The notes beneath the pieces are model-generated. The model was not told the origin of the DNA and searched no databases. It worked only from the letters and a program-made list of their open reading frames with translations. A stretch of DNA of 62,891 nt, filler included, from Cercozoa sp. M6MM (taxonomy: Eukaryota > Protista > Endomyxa: Ascetosporea): the NCBI GenBank assembly GCA_040357565.1. It is 11 parts of 11 records of this genome, joined end to end, with 100 filler letters (N's around TTAATTAATTAA, not from the genome) between each part and the next. Parts side by side here need not be neighbours in the genome. Positions count along the whole stretch, not along the records: positions 7,634 to 20,245 come from JBDODJ010000373.1; positions 20,346 to 23,631 come from JBDODJ010001525.1; positions 23,732 to 27,929 come from JBDODJ010001203.1; 8 more parts are not named here. One strand, 5' to 3'. Below are positions 12,298 to 24,125 of the stretch, in pieces (position 1 is the stretch's first letter; every line of letters begins with the position of its first letter). The translations under genes were made by a program, and so were the position numbers.

Positions 12298-15271
12298 TTA
12301 GTCAAGGTGGCAGGTGTCGTTGCGCACCTTGTCGATGTGTCGCACGGCGCGCTCGGCGAGCGCGATGAATTCGTCGTCGCGCCGGTCGGCGTCGGCGGCG
12401 CGCGCCGTCATGAGCAGTCGAAAGAGGCGCGGACGCAGTCGCATCCACGCGGCGTGCAAGCGGCGGCAGCGACGACTGCGCTCGTCAAAGGCGAGATCGA
12501 CGCCAGTGCGCGAGAAGGCCGTCTGCGACAGCGTGGCACACACGACGGCGCCAAAGCTGCGCGCAGTGTCGCCGGCCACGGCACAAGCCGTGCGATGGCA
12601 CTGCTCCTTCTCGTGGTCCATCATCCTACTTGCACACACATATACTGTACCTATCCTAAAGCACAAAACGAAAGCACGGGACGAAAGCACAGGACGAAAG
12701 CACAAGGTTACAGTTCAGCAAGGTCGACGCAGGCACACGCGTGTGGCAGACGCCAGCTGCGCTTGAGCGACGCTGCCGTCGCTCGGAAAAACAAATGCGC
12801 CAGTTCGACGCCGTCCTCGATGATTCCGTTGGCACTGCCGAGGTCGAGTTGGCCCCACTGCCCGTCGCACGCACTGCGCAGTGCCGACAACAGCACCGTG
12901 AGCTGGCCCTGTCGCCACCACGTCAGTAGTCGCCGCAGTCGCCGCGTGCGCTCGCTCCACAGCGAGTCCCACTCGCGCGAACGCGTCTGCAGCACCTGCG
13001 CTACCGACGCCGTCGCATCCAACGCCACGGGGTCGCGAACCTTGCTTCTTCGCTCGCTTTCGCTTTCGCGCGCGTCGGTGCTTTTTTCGCTTTCGCGTGC
13101 GATTTCGCCGCTTTTTCCGCTTTCTACGTGTTTTTCGCGTGTTTCGCTCTGTTTTTCGGCGATTTCATCGTCGTCGCGCATGGCGTTGGAGTCGCTGCTG
13201 CTGTGTTTCGATGCACGACTGTGCGTAGCGATTCTTGTTTCGACAAAGGACGCGTTCGGCGAGTGGTTTCGCTCAACGGGGGCAATGTGAGTGTCTGCAG
13301 GTTCGTTCTGTTGCCTGGAGTCAGTGAGGTGCGTACTGGCGTGTGTACTGCCTTGTGAGGCTTCTGCCGAGCGAATCGACGGAGCAGGTGACACAGCAGC
13401 CGGCGCAAAAGCAGAAGCACTCTGCAATGCGCGTTCGAAGGCATCTTCGTCAAAGAGACCTTCTTCGTGTTGTTGCTGCTGCTGCTGCGGTGGTGGTGTT
13501 GTCAAAGACGAGTCGCGCATTGAGCTGCCGCTGGAAGAAGTCGAACTGGGGCGTTTCAGACCGAAAGTGAGCGCATCTTCGTCGATGACGCTGTCGCCGC
13601 GATTGTTCGCAGGCTCGTGCCACGAAACAGCTGCGCTGGGGCGCGGAAACTGCGAGGTGTGACTAAACACTGGCGAAGCCACTGCTTGCGTCTTCCTTCG
13701 GTCGAGTGTTTCGTCTTTCGCTTCGTCTTTCGCATTGATCGTTTCCCGCAAATCCACACGCATGCCCGTGATGCGAAGTGTGACACTGTGCACGTGCAGC
13801 TCGTTGCCTTCGATGGCGAAACACACCACAGTTTCTTCGTTTCTCTGTATTTTTGCAATTCCAACAATGATCGAAACAGAGAGAAAAAGTGTGTGTACAG
13901 TTGGGCCTTGTAGACAGAGGATTTCGCGCACATCGGCGCGCAGCGTGAGTTGCGCCACGCAGCGCATTTCTCGGTCCTCCCAACGCAAAGCTCGCAAGTG
14001 TGTCGTTCCACTATTAGGCTCGAAGAAGACACCCAGGAGTATCTGACAAGAGGACAATAAAAGCAACAGACATACACACAAAAGACACGAGACACGAGAC
14101 ACGAGAGATACCGAGCCACAGCGCGAGAAACACAAGGAACGACAGCGCAGCGATGTGCTTGGCAAAGAGGAAAGCACCGGCCAAGCTGCAGGCCATTCTG
14201 AGGTACCGCTACTGGCGGTATCACGCATTTCGAAACACACCAGAGCACGCGAGTCGGTTGCGATGGCAGCAACACACTCGTGCGGATGGAAGCACATCAA
14301 TTCCACTGCACTGTTCGCAGAGTTGTGTCTCGATTCAAAGAGAGCGAGTGCATTCACTGTGCCTGCTGTTTCGAGTCGCATCGAAGGCAACGCCAACAAT
14401 CGCAACCGGCCGCTTGAATCGGCGCAAAAGACGCCGGTTTCGTCTGGAGTCGATTGCACCACTGTGATTCGACTTCGCGGCTACAAACTTCGCTTTAAAA
14501 AAAGGCACAGCTGCTGGAAATTAGAGCTTTCTACCACGGCATCGGATCGAAGCAAGGTGCGACGCCGCTCGTGCGTCGCCAAATCGCGCACGTGCACTTG
14601 TCCGTCGACGCCGCCACTCAACAACAGCGGATCCGAAGTGTTGCTTCGCACCTGCGAAACAAAAGAGTCAAAGCTAATTCAGTTACTAAACAAACAAACT
14701 CACGTTGGCATGAAGACAAAGCGACTTGACCTCGCCATTGTGCAACGCGAAGGAACTCGAAAGTTCGCCACGCTCAACTTGCCAAAGTCGCGCATTTCCC
14801 GATTCCAGCCTGCAAAAGCACACAACAAAGTGAGCTCCAGGTTGCTTAGAAAGTAATCAAACCGAACCAAAAAGCACCCAACTGCGACAAGATTTTGAAG
14901 CTCATTGCTAATAGTTGTGACACGCGACTTGTTGTTGCAGCGACTGCGAAGTACGAGCCGGCCTCCAGCTCCGGTCGCAAAGAATCGAAAGGCGACGAGT
15001 TCGCCTTGCTCGCTCACACAAAAGACGCTAGCAGAACCGACTTCGTCAGTTGAACTCACACACACACTTGTCAGCGGAGACCTCGACACCTCTTGCCTTA
15101 GGCAGGTGCCCATCCTCGCCAAGCCGCCAGCACTGATCGCGAGCGACAGAACTGCTAAGACGATCGCGGGGCACTCACACAATACTGAGGTTAGCTATAC
15201 ACCGTAGAGGTGCCTTTTAGCCCGGTTGACCCACTGCAGCACAGAGAAAACACCAGAAGGACTTCTTTCAT
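12298..15271 (-). CDS. KATNB1: Katanin p80-like protein: divergent N-terminal beta-propeller, low-complexity linker, C-terminal con80 domain
   Basis: The C-terminus RTRRLRRLLTWWRQGQ...SFGAVVCATLS...GVDLAFDERSRRC resembles con80 (GVDISREER.+C). The N-terminal half is beta-rich and WD-like. The start codon is approximate. Confidence 0.65.
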
Positions 15272-15384
15272 TTTTCAAAATGCCAAAATAAGGAGTGCTG
15301 TTGCAACGGTTACAACGAGTGCCATTTTCAAAATTGGAGTCTCTTCTGCGCTTAGCTCTGTGTGAAAAAGTGCAAAGAAGCCAA

Positions 15385-15891
15385 ATGGCTGACCGCGAGC
15401 TCAAAATCAAGAGTGGCGTTCTGAAGCGGTCACACTTGTTCATGAGACTTTTTGCTTCTGACGGTCTGGCATGTCAGTTTCGTTCGATATTTGCGCAGAT
15501 TGTCAAAGGAACTGGCCTTTTACAAGAAGGAGGTCACACAGCTGGAGCAGAAGCTGGTATGCTTTTGTTCCCACCTTGGTTTTGGTGAGTTGCCTTTTGT
15601 TGTCGTTAGAGCGATGCGGCTGCCGATCAGCGACGTCTGAACGACCTGCTCGAGGAGTCGCGTGCTGCCTCCGCTGCTGTGCAAACTCGCGCGAGCTCGG
15701 CTTTCGAAGATTTGCAGGCTATCCTGGTACGACGGCCTTGGCCTTTCAGTTGTATCCAGTCAGTTGAGTTTCTTTTTGTGTGTGTTTGACTCCTGCAGGA
15801 CTCGGCGAGCGAGGACATTGCGAACAGTGAGGAGTATGCAGCTGCTAAGCAACTCATCGCTGAGGTCGGCGACAGCGTGTCGTCGCACTAG
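15385..15891 (+). CDS. TBCA: Tubulin-specific chaperone A (4 exons)
   Basis: MADRELKIKSGVLKR|LSKELAFYKKEVTQLEQKL|...LLEESR...AFEDLQAIL|...EEYAAAKQLI*. Confidence 0.9.
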
Positions 15892-16015
15892 CATCCAGGT
15901 GCGTTTTATACGATACACCTGCCGTGACGGACGTAAATTTGATACGCTAGCGCTGGTAGCGCCAGAGAAGTCGAGGATTTAATTAGATACGACTGATATG
16001 ATAATGTTACATAAA

Positions 16016-17492
16016 TCAATCGCGCACGTCCGGCCGTGTTCTCTTGGCACGGCGCGTGCGTCGTTCTTCTTGCTGGCGCAGCACTCCAGGCAGGACCCGA
16101 CGTCGCTGCTTGCGAATCCAGCGCATGGGCAACGAGCCTATACCGTGGAAAGCGCAGTGCATCAGAGTTTCGCCGTCGACGTTTCTGCCGAGCCGCTGAA
16201 TGGCGGCGAGCAACTGCGTCATGTCGTTGGCGTGCAACAAGAGTTCCCTTTCGTTCAGCTTGAGCAGTGCCAGTGCAACTCGAAACACGATTTTTTGCCC
16301 TTCCAGAAGAACGGAATCGTAGACTCGAAGCACAGCGTCGAAGTCGTCAAAAGGCACGGCAAACAGCGACATGAACCAGCCGACCGCAAAAAACGTTGCC
16401 TCAATGTTGTGGCTTTCCTGTACGCGTATATCGTATCGTGTGAGCACATCAAAGATACGACGAACGTACAAAAACACGGGCAAGTTGCGGCATTTTCTTG
16501 GCGATCAGATAGTCCAGGACTTTGCAATCGACTATACAAAGCAAACTGCAATCATATGTGCGGACAACAACAAGACAAAAAGGGTAAATTTATACCAATC
16601 ACGCCAGTCATGCCTTTCTGCAAGATAAGAACACGTCGATACGAGCAAAAAGGCATGGGGCAAGCAAGTTTACAGCATAATAAGTCGCGGGAACGCATGA
16701 ATCAGGGTGGCCGTTGATCATGCTCAGCAGAACTCGTCTGCGCAAAAGATACACACCAGCGCAGTCTGCCACGAGAACAGTTACGTGGCAGTGGCTTCGT
16801 CATTTGTGGCGAGCGCCAATGTCGCGGCAACAAAGTTCAAGGACTGGCAGTAGCCTGGCGATTGAAGAACAGTTAATGCTATGACACACAAAACAAACTG
16901 AAACAAAGACACCAATGTCTGGCCGTGCAGCAGCGAAATGACAGAGCACACGTCGCAGCGACTTCTTGCCGGCTTCGCTCCTGAAGTATGGGTGCCGAGG
17001 ATAGGTTCTGTCAATGTCCTTGTCGATATCGGCCAGCGTTACTTCTGGTACTTCTTGCTTTTCGGGAAAGAGTTGCCGCGCTTGGCACAGGATAGGGTAC
17101 ACCAAAGGTCTCCTGTGACGAGGCACTCCAAACCGCACCAGGGCCTTCAACTCACTATACAAAACACAGGTATCTCTTCACAAACAAGTCGACGTTGGAA
17201 AGGCGTACTTGAACTGCGCCTTTCGCAGATTGTGCAACTGCTGGATGTACTCAAGTGGCGTGTGTTCCCACCTCGGCGCGAGTGGATCTTCCGAGGCTGC
17301 GTTCTGAGTGCATAGTAGGATGTACAAACGCAGAAGATGCGTACGCTGGCGGCGACAGATCAGAGTACCGTATGTCCGTCAAAGCCATACTTTTCAATCT
17401 CGGTCCTGAAAACACAACAATGAACAGTGACCCTCGCTGCACGCTCGGTTTTTTTTTTAACACTACCACGTGAGTGGCTCGGAATCTGGCAT
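16016..17492 (-). CDS. TBC-domain Rab GTPase-activating protein
   Basis: EKYGF, ELKALVRFGVP, IDKDIDRT (arginine finger), GYCQSLNFVA (glutamine finger), WFMSLF and VLRVYDSVLLEGQKIVFRVALALL. Confidence 0.92.
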
Positions 17493-17880
17493 GCGAGTTT
17501 GCCTATTGGAGTGCACGTATGTGCTACCACTTAAACACGCACTACAGCACCAACGTGCGGCAACAGAGTTTTCAAAACTGCTCGACGCCGAACGGGTCAG
17601 CAGTCAAGTGGTCACCGCACCTTTCCCGGTGATTATTTTCTGTCCGCTTCAGCCCTCGTGCATGCTGTATCTGGGGTTCAGCGCAAATCTTCGGGAAGTC
17701 TTTCAAATAATACCACTTTCTGTGAATCGATTGCGTTTAGGAGAGACAGTTTCATTTTTGCTTGCGTTTCGCAGCGAACCTGCGCCCTGGGGTGGCTCGA
17801 TCAGCTGTCAACTTGGGCGGATCCAGAGTCCTAGAGAGCTATCCACTATCGAAAGGAAGCTAAACCCAACGTGTTTGGAC

Positions 17881-20193
17881 ATGCCAGAGACAGGTGAGCA
17901 GTTTTCCTCGCTTGAGGTTCTGCAGTCGATTCCGATTCTGAAGGGTGTCAGTCCAGAAAACCTGCAAAAGGTTCGCCCGCCGTCGATTTCCTCAATGTTC
18001 TTGTAAACTCGAGCTCTTGCTTGTGTAGCTGGCCGATGCGTTGAAGCAGGTGCAGTTTGCAGAAAACGACATCGTTTTCAACCAGGGCGACGTGGCAGAG
18101 TCGTTTTTTATCATCCAAAACGGCGAAGCGAAGATACTTGCTCGAAATACCGATCAGGCCGAAGGCGAGATGAGTGAGATTGCGACATTGAAAGCGGGTG
18201 ACTACTTTGGTGAGACTGCATTGCTTACTCAAGAGAAGCGTTCTGCCACGGTGAAAGCACACGATGGTTCTTTGGTGTGCCTGTACCTTGGTGCCAATGA
18301 ATTCCATGGTACGACTACAACCGTGGTTAAGTGAAGGCCTTGTCTCTAAAACAAATCTCTTGGTTTTTTTCAGAACTCATGGGCACACGAGGAAAATTGA
18401 ATGTCCCTTTGGCGAAGCGCAAAGCCATCTCTGCCGAGAAACTCACCAACGCCTTCTTGTCGGCACACCAGCGCACCGACGTCGAAAGAGTGAAGACCGA
18501 CGAGCAGCGAGAGATGTTGAAGAAAGCAGTGAAAGGAAACGTGCTTTTTGCTAACCTGGAAGAAGGAGTTGTGGATCGAATCGTTGGCGAGATGTTTAAA
18601 ATGGAGGTCGAGGGTGACCATACTCTTATCACGCAAGGCGAGGCCGGAGACAACTTCTATGTTGTTGAAACTGGCGAGTTTGACATCTTTGTCGGAGAAC
18701 AGCACGTTGCATCTCGAGGTCCTGGAAGCAGTTTCGGCGAGCTCGCTCTCATGTACAACTCGCCACGTGCTGCAACGGTGAAGTCCATCGCGCCTGCAGT
18801 TGTGTGGGCTGTCGATCGCTTCGCTTTTCGTCGCACACTAACTCATGTCAGCGAGTCCAAGCTGCGCGACTACGAGTCGTTCCTCGAGTCGGTTCCTCTC
18901 CTGTCGTCGTTGCTGGCCGAAGAGCGCGCCAAGGTGGCCGAAGCACTGGAAGAAGTGTCGTTCCGAGCCGATTCGGACATTGTGAAGCAAGGTGATCCCG
19001 GTGACACCTTCTACATCATTCGCGAGGGCACTGCCAAAGTCACAAAAGACTTCGATGGTGACGTGCGTGAAGTACAGCGTCTCGCTGCTGGAGACTTCTT
19101 CGGCGAAAGAGCGCTACTAACGAACGAAACGCGCGCTGCCACAGTGACCGTCACGAGTGAGCGACTTAACTGCCTGTCACTCGACCGACAAGCCTTTGCT
19201 GTGCTACTAGGACCGTTACAGGACCTGCTGCAGCGCAACCTTGCTAAGTACGAAGAAGCAGGCGAGACTCGTCAGCACGCACGAGCGCAGCGACGCCGCG
19301 ACCGTGCTGCGCGCAAGCAGCGAAAGCGCGCAGCGGTGAAGTTCAACAATCTGAAGATTGTCGGAACATTGGGCAAAGGCACCTTGGTCACGTGCAGCTT
19401 GTAATTGACAAGAGCACCAAGGAGACCTATGCGCTCAAGCAAATCAGCAAGTCGCAAGTCGTGCAGCTCGGACAGCAGGAACACGTGCTGAGCGAAAAGC
19501 GCACGTTGCTGCTCATGAATTCGCCATTCATAGTAAACCTGCGTGCCACGTACAAGTCGCGGAACCACCTGTACTTCCTGATGGACGCGTGTTTGGGCGG
19601 CGAGTTGTTCTCGCTGCTGCGATCCAAGACACTGTTCGACGAAGAGACCGCTCGTTTCTACGCCGGCAGCGTTGTTCTTGCCTTCGCGCACATGCACAAG
19701 CGAGATATCATCTACCGTGACTTGAGTACGTTACTTTGTCTGTATGCGACTGGTAGTGATTAAAACATATTCATTTTGATGGATTGCAGAGCCGGAGAAC
19801 TTGCTCATTGACGACAAAGGATACTTGCGCATCACGGACTTTGGCTTTGCCAAGGTGGTGCGTGAGCGCACCTACACTCTGTGCGGCACGCCGGACTACC
19901 TGTCGCCCGAGGTCATCAGTGGCCAGGGTCACGGCAAGGGCGTCGACTGGTGGACACTCGGCGTGCTGATTTACGAGATGCTGGCTAGCTACCCGCCCTT
20001 CTATGACGACGATCCGATGAAGACCTACGCCAAGATTATGAGCGGCAAGCTCAAGTTCCCGTCGCATTTCTCCAAGGAAGCCGTCGATCTGTGCAAAAAA
20101 CTCCTCAATCGCAAGCCGACCAAACGTCTCGGCGTCGTGCGAGGAGGCGCCGAGAAGGTCATGGCGCATCCGTGGTTCCGCAACTTTGACTGG
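17881..20193 (+). CDS. PKG-like AGC kinase with three cyclic-nucleotide-binding domains; apparent 1-nt frameshift at about 19385; 3'-truncated
   Basis: Three cassettes (FGETALLTQEKRSATV, FGELALMYNSPRAATV, FGERALLTNETRAATV), the pseudosubstrate KRKAISAE, and kinase motifs YALK, MDACLGGELF, YRDL|KPEN, DFGFAK, TLCGTPDYLSPE and DWW. Confidence 0.92.
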
Positions 20194-20200
20194 GTACTCC

Positions 20201-20245
<45 letters not shown>

Positions 20246-20345
20246 NNNNNNNNNNNNNNNNNNNNNNNNNNNNNNNNNNNNNNNNNNNNTTAATTAATTA
20301 ANNNNNNNNNNNNNNNNNNNNNNNNNNNNNNNNNNNNNNNNNNNN

Positions 20346-20396
<51 letters not shown>

Positions 20397-20399
20397 TCA

Positions 20400-20721
20400 C
20401 TGCACACGTAGTTTCAAGTACCGTCGCTATCCCAGCGGAAAGGCAAAGGTACCAGGCCGAGTGGGACACGTGCGAGCGACGGTGTGCGCCGTCTCACTCA
20501 CACACGTGCCGTCGCCGGAACAGTACAGACAACCTTGCAATGCCGTGCAGGCGGCGCAGTTGTCTAAACGAGTGGGGTAGGGGTAAGGGGAAAGGGGTGT
20601 GGAGGAGGGGGTAAAACTACTCAGCGGCGCCATGGAGCAGCCCGAGAGACAGGGCACTGTTTGACACGAGGGACAAGGCGTTGCGCAGAAGGTGTCGCCG
20701 CTGCCGCCCTGTGGTAGTCAG

Positions 20722-20763
<42 letters not shown>

Positions 20764-20863
20764 NNNNNNNNNNNNNNNNNNNNNNNNNNNNNNNNNNNNN
20801 NNNNNNNNNNNNNNNNNNNNNNNNNNNNNNNNNNNNNNNNNNNNNNNNNNNNNNNNNNNNNNN

Positions 20864-20909
<46 letters not shown>

Positions 20910-23580
20910 AATAATGCATGACCCCATAGAGACAGAAGAAACTACCCGCTGCCACGAGCACTGTACACCAAACGTCGTGGCTGCTACGTTGCACTGTGCA
21001 CACCTACGAAGCGAGGTAAGATAGGTAAGAGGGTGGGGGATGACGTACGTCTTGAAAGCAGCGCACGGCGAAGCGTTGCGCAGTGCAGCGCATTGCGACA
21101 CCGTCGTTAACACGTCCTGTATACACACGGTGTATCCGAGAGTGAGTGACGGTGCTGGCACGTGAGCACAGAGTGGCAAGTGCACGTGTCTGAGCCACAC
21201 ACGGTACCGGCACGGTGGCGGCAGTGGAACTGGTGCCGTTGGTCACTCGACCCAAGCAGAGTTGTTGGCGCTCCAGACACATGCGTGTGGCACTGCAGAA
21301 GCGGCACTGGGTGCCACGCGACACACCCGCCACTGACACACACATAGTGACACGTGACTCACCATCCTAGTCTGATCCCTCAAGGTACCATCGCCGAGAC
21401 ACGAGGTGCAGTCGCCGTTGACCTCGCAGAGTCCGTTGCGTCGTATGTCCTCTGCACAGCCACACTCAAGAATCTAGTCAATCAGTGGCATCGATAGGTA
21501 CCAGCATGTGTGCAGTCTACAGTGGGCACGTGCGTACTGGCGCACTGTCCCTGTCGTCCATACACGGCCTCGGTCGACTCGGCCGGCAGCGACGTCAGCG
21601 CGTTCAGTCGCAGGTCATTGCTATGGGGGGGGGGGTCGTATCTAATTAAGATGGTCTCCAGATAGACACAAATGGACAGCAAGAGCGGTATAAATTTAAG
21701 CGACACACAGAGGTACCTGCGACAGAGGCCGCGCGACAGATCGGCGCGATCGAGGCACCAGGTTCCTCCGCGCTGAGCGCAGTCTTGGCAGGTCGTGACG
21801 TCTGCAGGTACACGTGGACACTAGTGTGTACAACTGGACCGTTCACGCCAAAGGTGTACCATTAAGAGTGCTGCATGATGGCACACTGTCGCATGTGCTC
21901 AGTGAGGGCGCAGCGTAGCCGCCACGTGCGTCGCTCATGCACCACTTGCACCTTACAACACACATGAGTACAGGTAAATTACCTTCAGTGAGTACAAAAA
22001 AGTACCTCGGATGCTCTTGCGCCTGCTGGCAAGTCAGTGTGTCGCACTCGGATGGACAGGTCTGCATGAGGGAATCACTCACATGATAGTGGGAGGTAGG
22101 ATAGGGTAGTGTGGGGTAGTTTAGGACAGGATAGGATGAGATAGGGTAGGGTAGGGTAGTGTGATAGGTAGGGATAGCCTGGGCAGGGAAGTTAGGTAGG
22201 ACATGAAACAGTATGCCTACCTCGAGGAAACGCGTTTCTGTTGGTTCACATGACACGTCGGCTTCCACGCATCTGATTCCAAGAGCAGGGTGTGTGGGGG
22301 GGGGGGGTAAGAAAGTAGAGAAGGTTTACCGCGTGCCACACCAAGCACATGGTGAGTGGCGCAGACATGACGCGCAGTCGCTTATCGTGGCACATCTTAA
22401 CACAAGGCATGGGGGGGGGGTAAAAGGGTAAGGGATCCAAATTTACCCAGTAGTCTCGGCACAAAGCGTGACGTTTGGATTGCCGTTGGAGCAGAACTAA
22501 ATTTAGATAAAGAACACACAATGTAAGATACCGAGACAGTGAATGCTCGGTGCGCAGTGGTACCGTATCCAGTGCGGCACGTGGCAGACACGTGTTGCTT
22601 TGTGGACAGTATCCGCACCTATGTAACCTTCAGTTTCGTGTAATCAGGGGGTAAGAGAGAGGTACGCACCTGCCACCGCGACTCGCAGCTACGCACGTGG
22701 CGCAGTCGGGATTCTCGACGCACTCGCCGGCCGTGATCTTGGCGGCAAATACGGCGCAGTTGGCCACGGTGGCGCACGTGCCACTGCGCAGTCAGAGTGC
22801 ACGTGCCAGGTGCCAACACATGTGAGAAGAATGCTCGCTGTACATTGTCGACGGTCGGTTGGCTCGACACTCACCTGTCTGTGGGGTACAGGGTAAAGGG
22901 GTAAAGGAGAGTGATAAGCTTGATGTACCGTGAGCGATAGGGCACAGTAGGCGCAATGCGGCGCTAGAGACAGACAGCTGTCGCAGTCGCCAGAGAAACC
23001 GTCGCACGTGGCACTCAATGCAGTGTCACTGAGTGAACCCAGCGCAGCCGACTGGGTCACCAAGGCACGTGCGTCGGTGTCGCTGCACTCGTTGCGACTG
23101 ACGGCACTTGTCTGTGTTTAAGTTCACATGTTACGACGGTATACATATCGTACACATACTGTATACAACCATTTATTGCATACTATAAATAGTGGACATT
23201 AAATACACGGTATAGCAGAAAAAGCAGCAAAGGCTACAGTGTCGCACGTGTCGCTCTCAGACAGGCAGGCGGTGCCGCACCACTGGCAGCGATTGTAGGC
23301 GCCACTGGTGCACGTGACACAGTCGGGGTTGTCACTACACCGCCGCACAATCGGTGCTGGACACTGCGTGGCATCAGTGACACTGAGACCGTCCTGGGCA
23401 CATGCCAACTCGTCGAACGGGTCCTCCAGTGTTCCTACTTGAGGGTACATGCTAAGACAGTCAGGGGCAGGAGGTACTGTACCTGGGGGCATCAGTGACG
23501 ATGGTAGTCGAGGCTGAAGACATCGATTGCGCGACTGACACCAGCGACAGCCGGCCGGCTCACCGCTGCGCAATACCATC
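20400..23580 (-). CDS. Cysteine-rich protein with many PSI-like repeats, partial, with many small exons
   Basis: Recurrent C-x3-5-C-xx-C-x5-8-C-x-W/Y-C units, for example CSDNPDCVTCTSGAYNRCQWCG, CDGFSGDCDSCLSLAPHCAYC, CATISDCASCLRHSPCAWCG and NCAACTALQGCLYCSGDGTC. Confidence 0.75.
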
Positions 23581-23587
23581 AGTACTT

Positions 23588-23631
<44 letters not shown>

Positions 23632-23731
23632 NNNNNNNNNNNNNNNNNNNNNNNNNNNNNNNNNNNNNNNNNNNNTTAATTAATTAANNNNNNNNNNNNN
23701 NNNNNNNNNNNNNNNNNNNNNNNNNNNNNNN

Positions 23732-24125
23732 ACTGCGGCTCAATGGCCCAATCAGTAAGGGAAAGGAGAGACTAAATAAATCATTCAGTTAGATAAGTCG
23801 TCACTCAGTTGAGTCAACGTTAGAACTGTAGGTGAAATACCCCTACTGGGTCTCGAAGTGATCCACTGGATCTCGAAAGAAAAACTCCGCCTGTGAACAC
23901 ACGACGAAGTGAGTGGAATGGAAACCAGCCAATGAGCCACTGACCAGGCTGAAGCCGTGACGGAGCTTTCTGCTTCTCTGCAAGGACTCTGTCCAGGCAA
24001 GATCAAGCCAAAACACTCTTAAACTTCTTCCCTTCTCAAACTTGCTTGAGACATAGGTTATGACCTCCACGCGGACGGGTCAGAGCAATGACTACTGAAA
24101 ATGTGCAGTAACATCTCGCCCCTCC
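23732..24125 (-). repeat. Polypurine tract and start of the 3' LTR
   Basis: The minus strand reads GGAGGGGCGAGA (24114-24125) immediately followed by TGTTAC starting at 24113, a typical PPT/LTR junction. The LTR runs off the contig. Confidence 0.7.

Noticed and set aside
12307-14856. Long plus-strand ORFs (327 aa, 233 aa) and similar antisense ORFs elsewhere
   Set aside because: They are shadows of GC-rich minus-strand exons and have no recognisable motifs.
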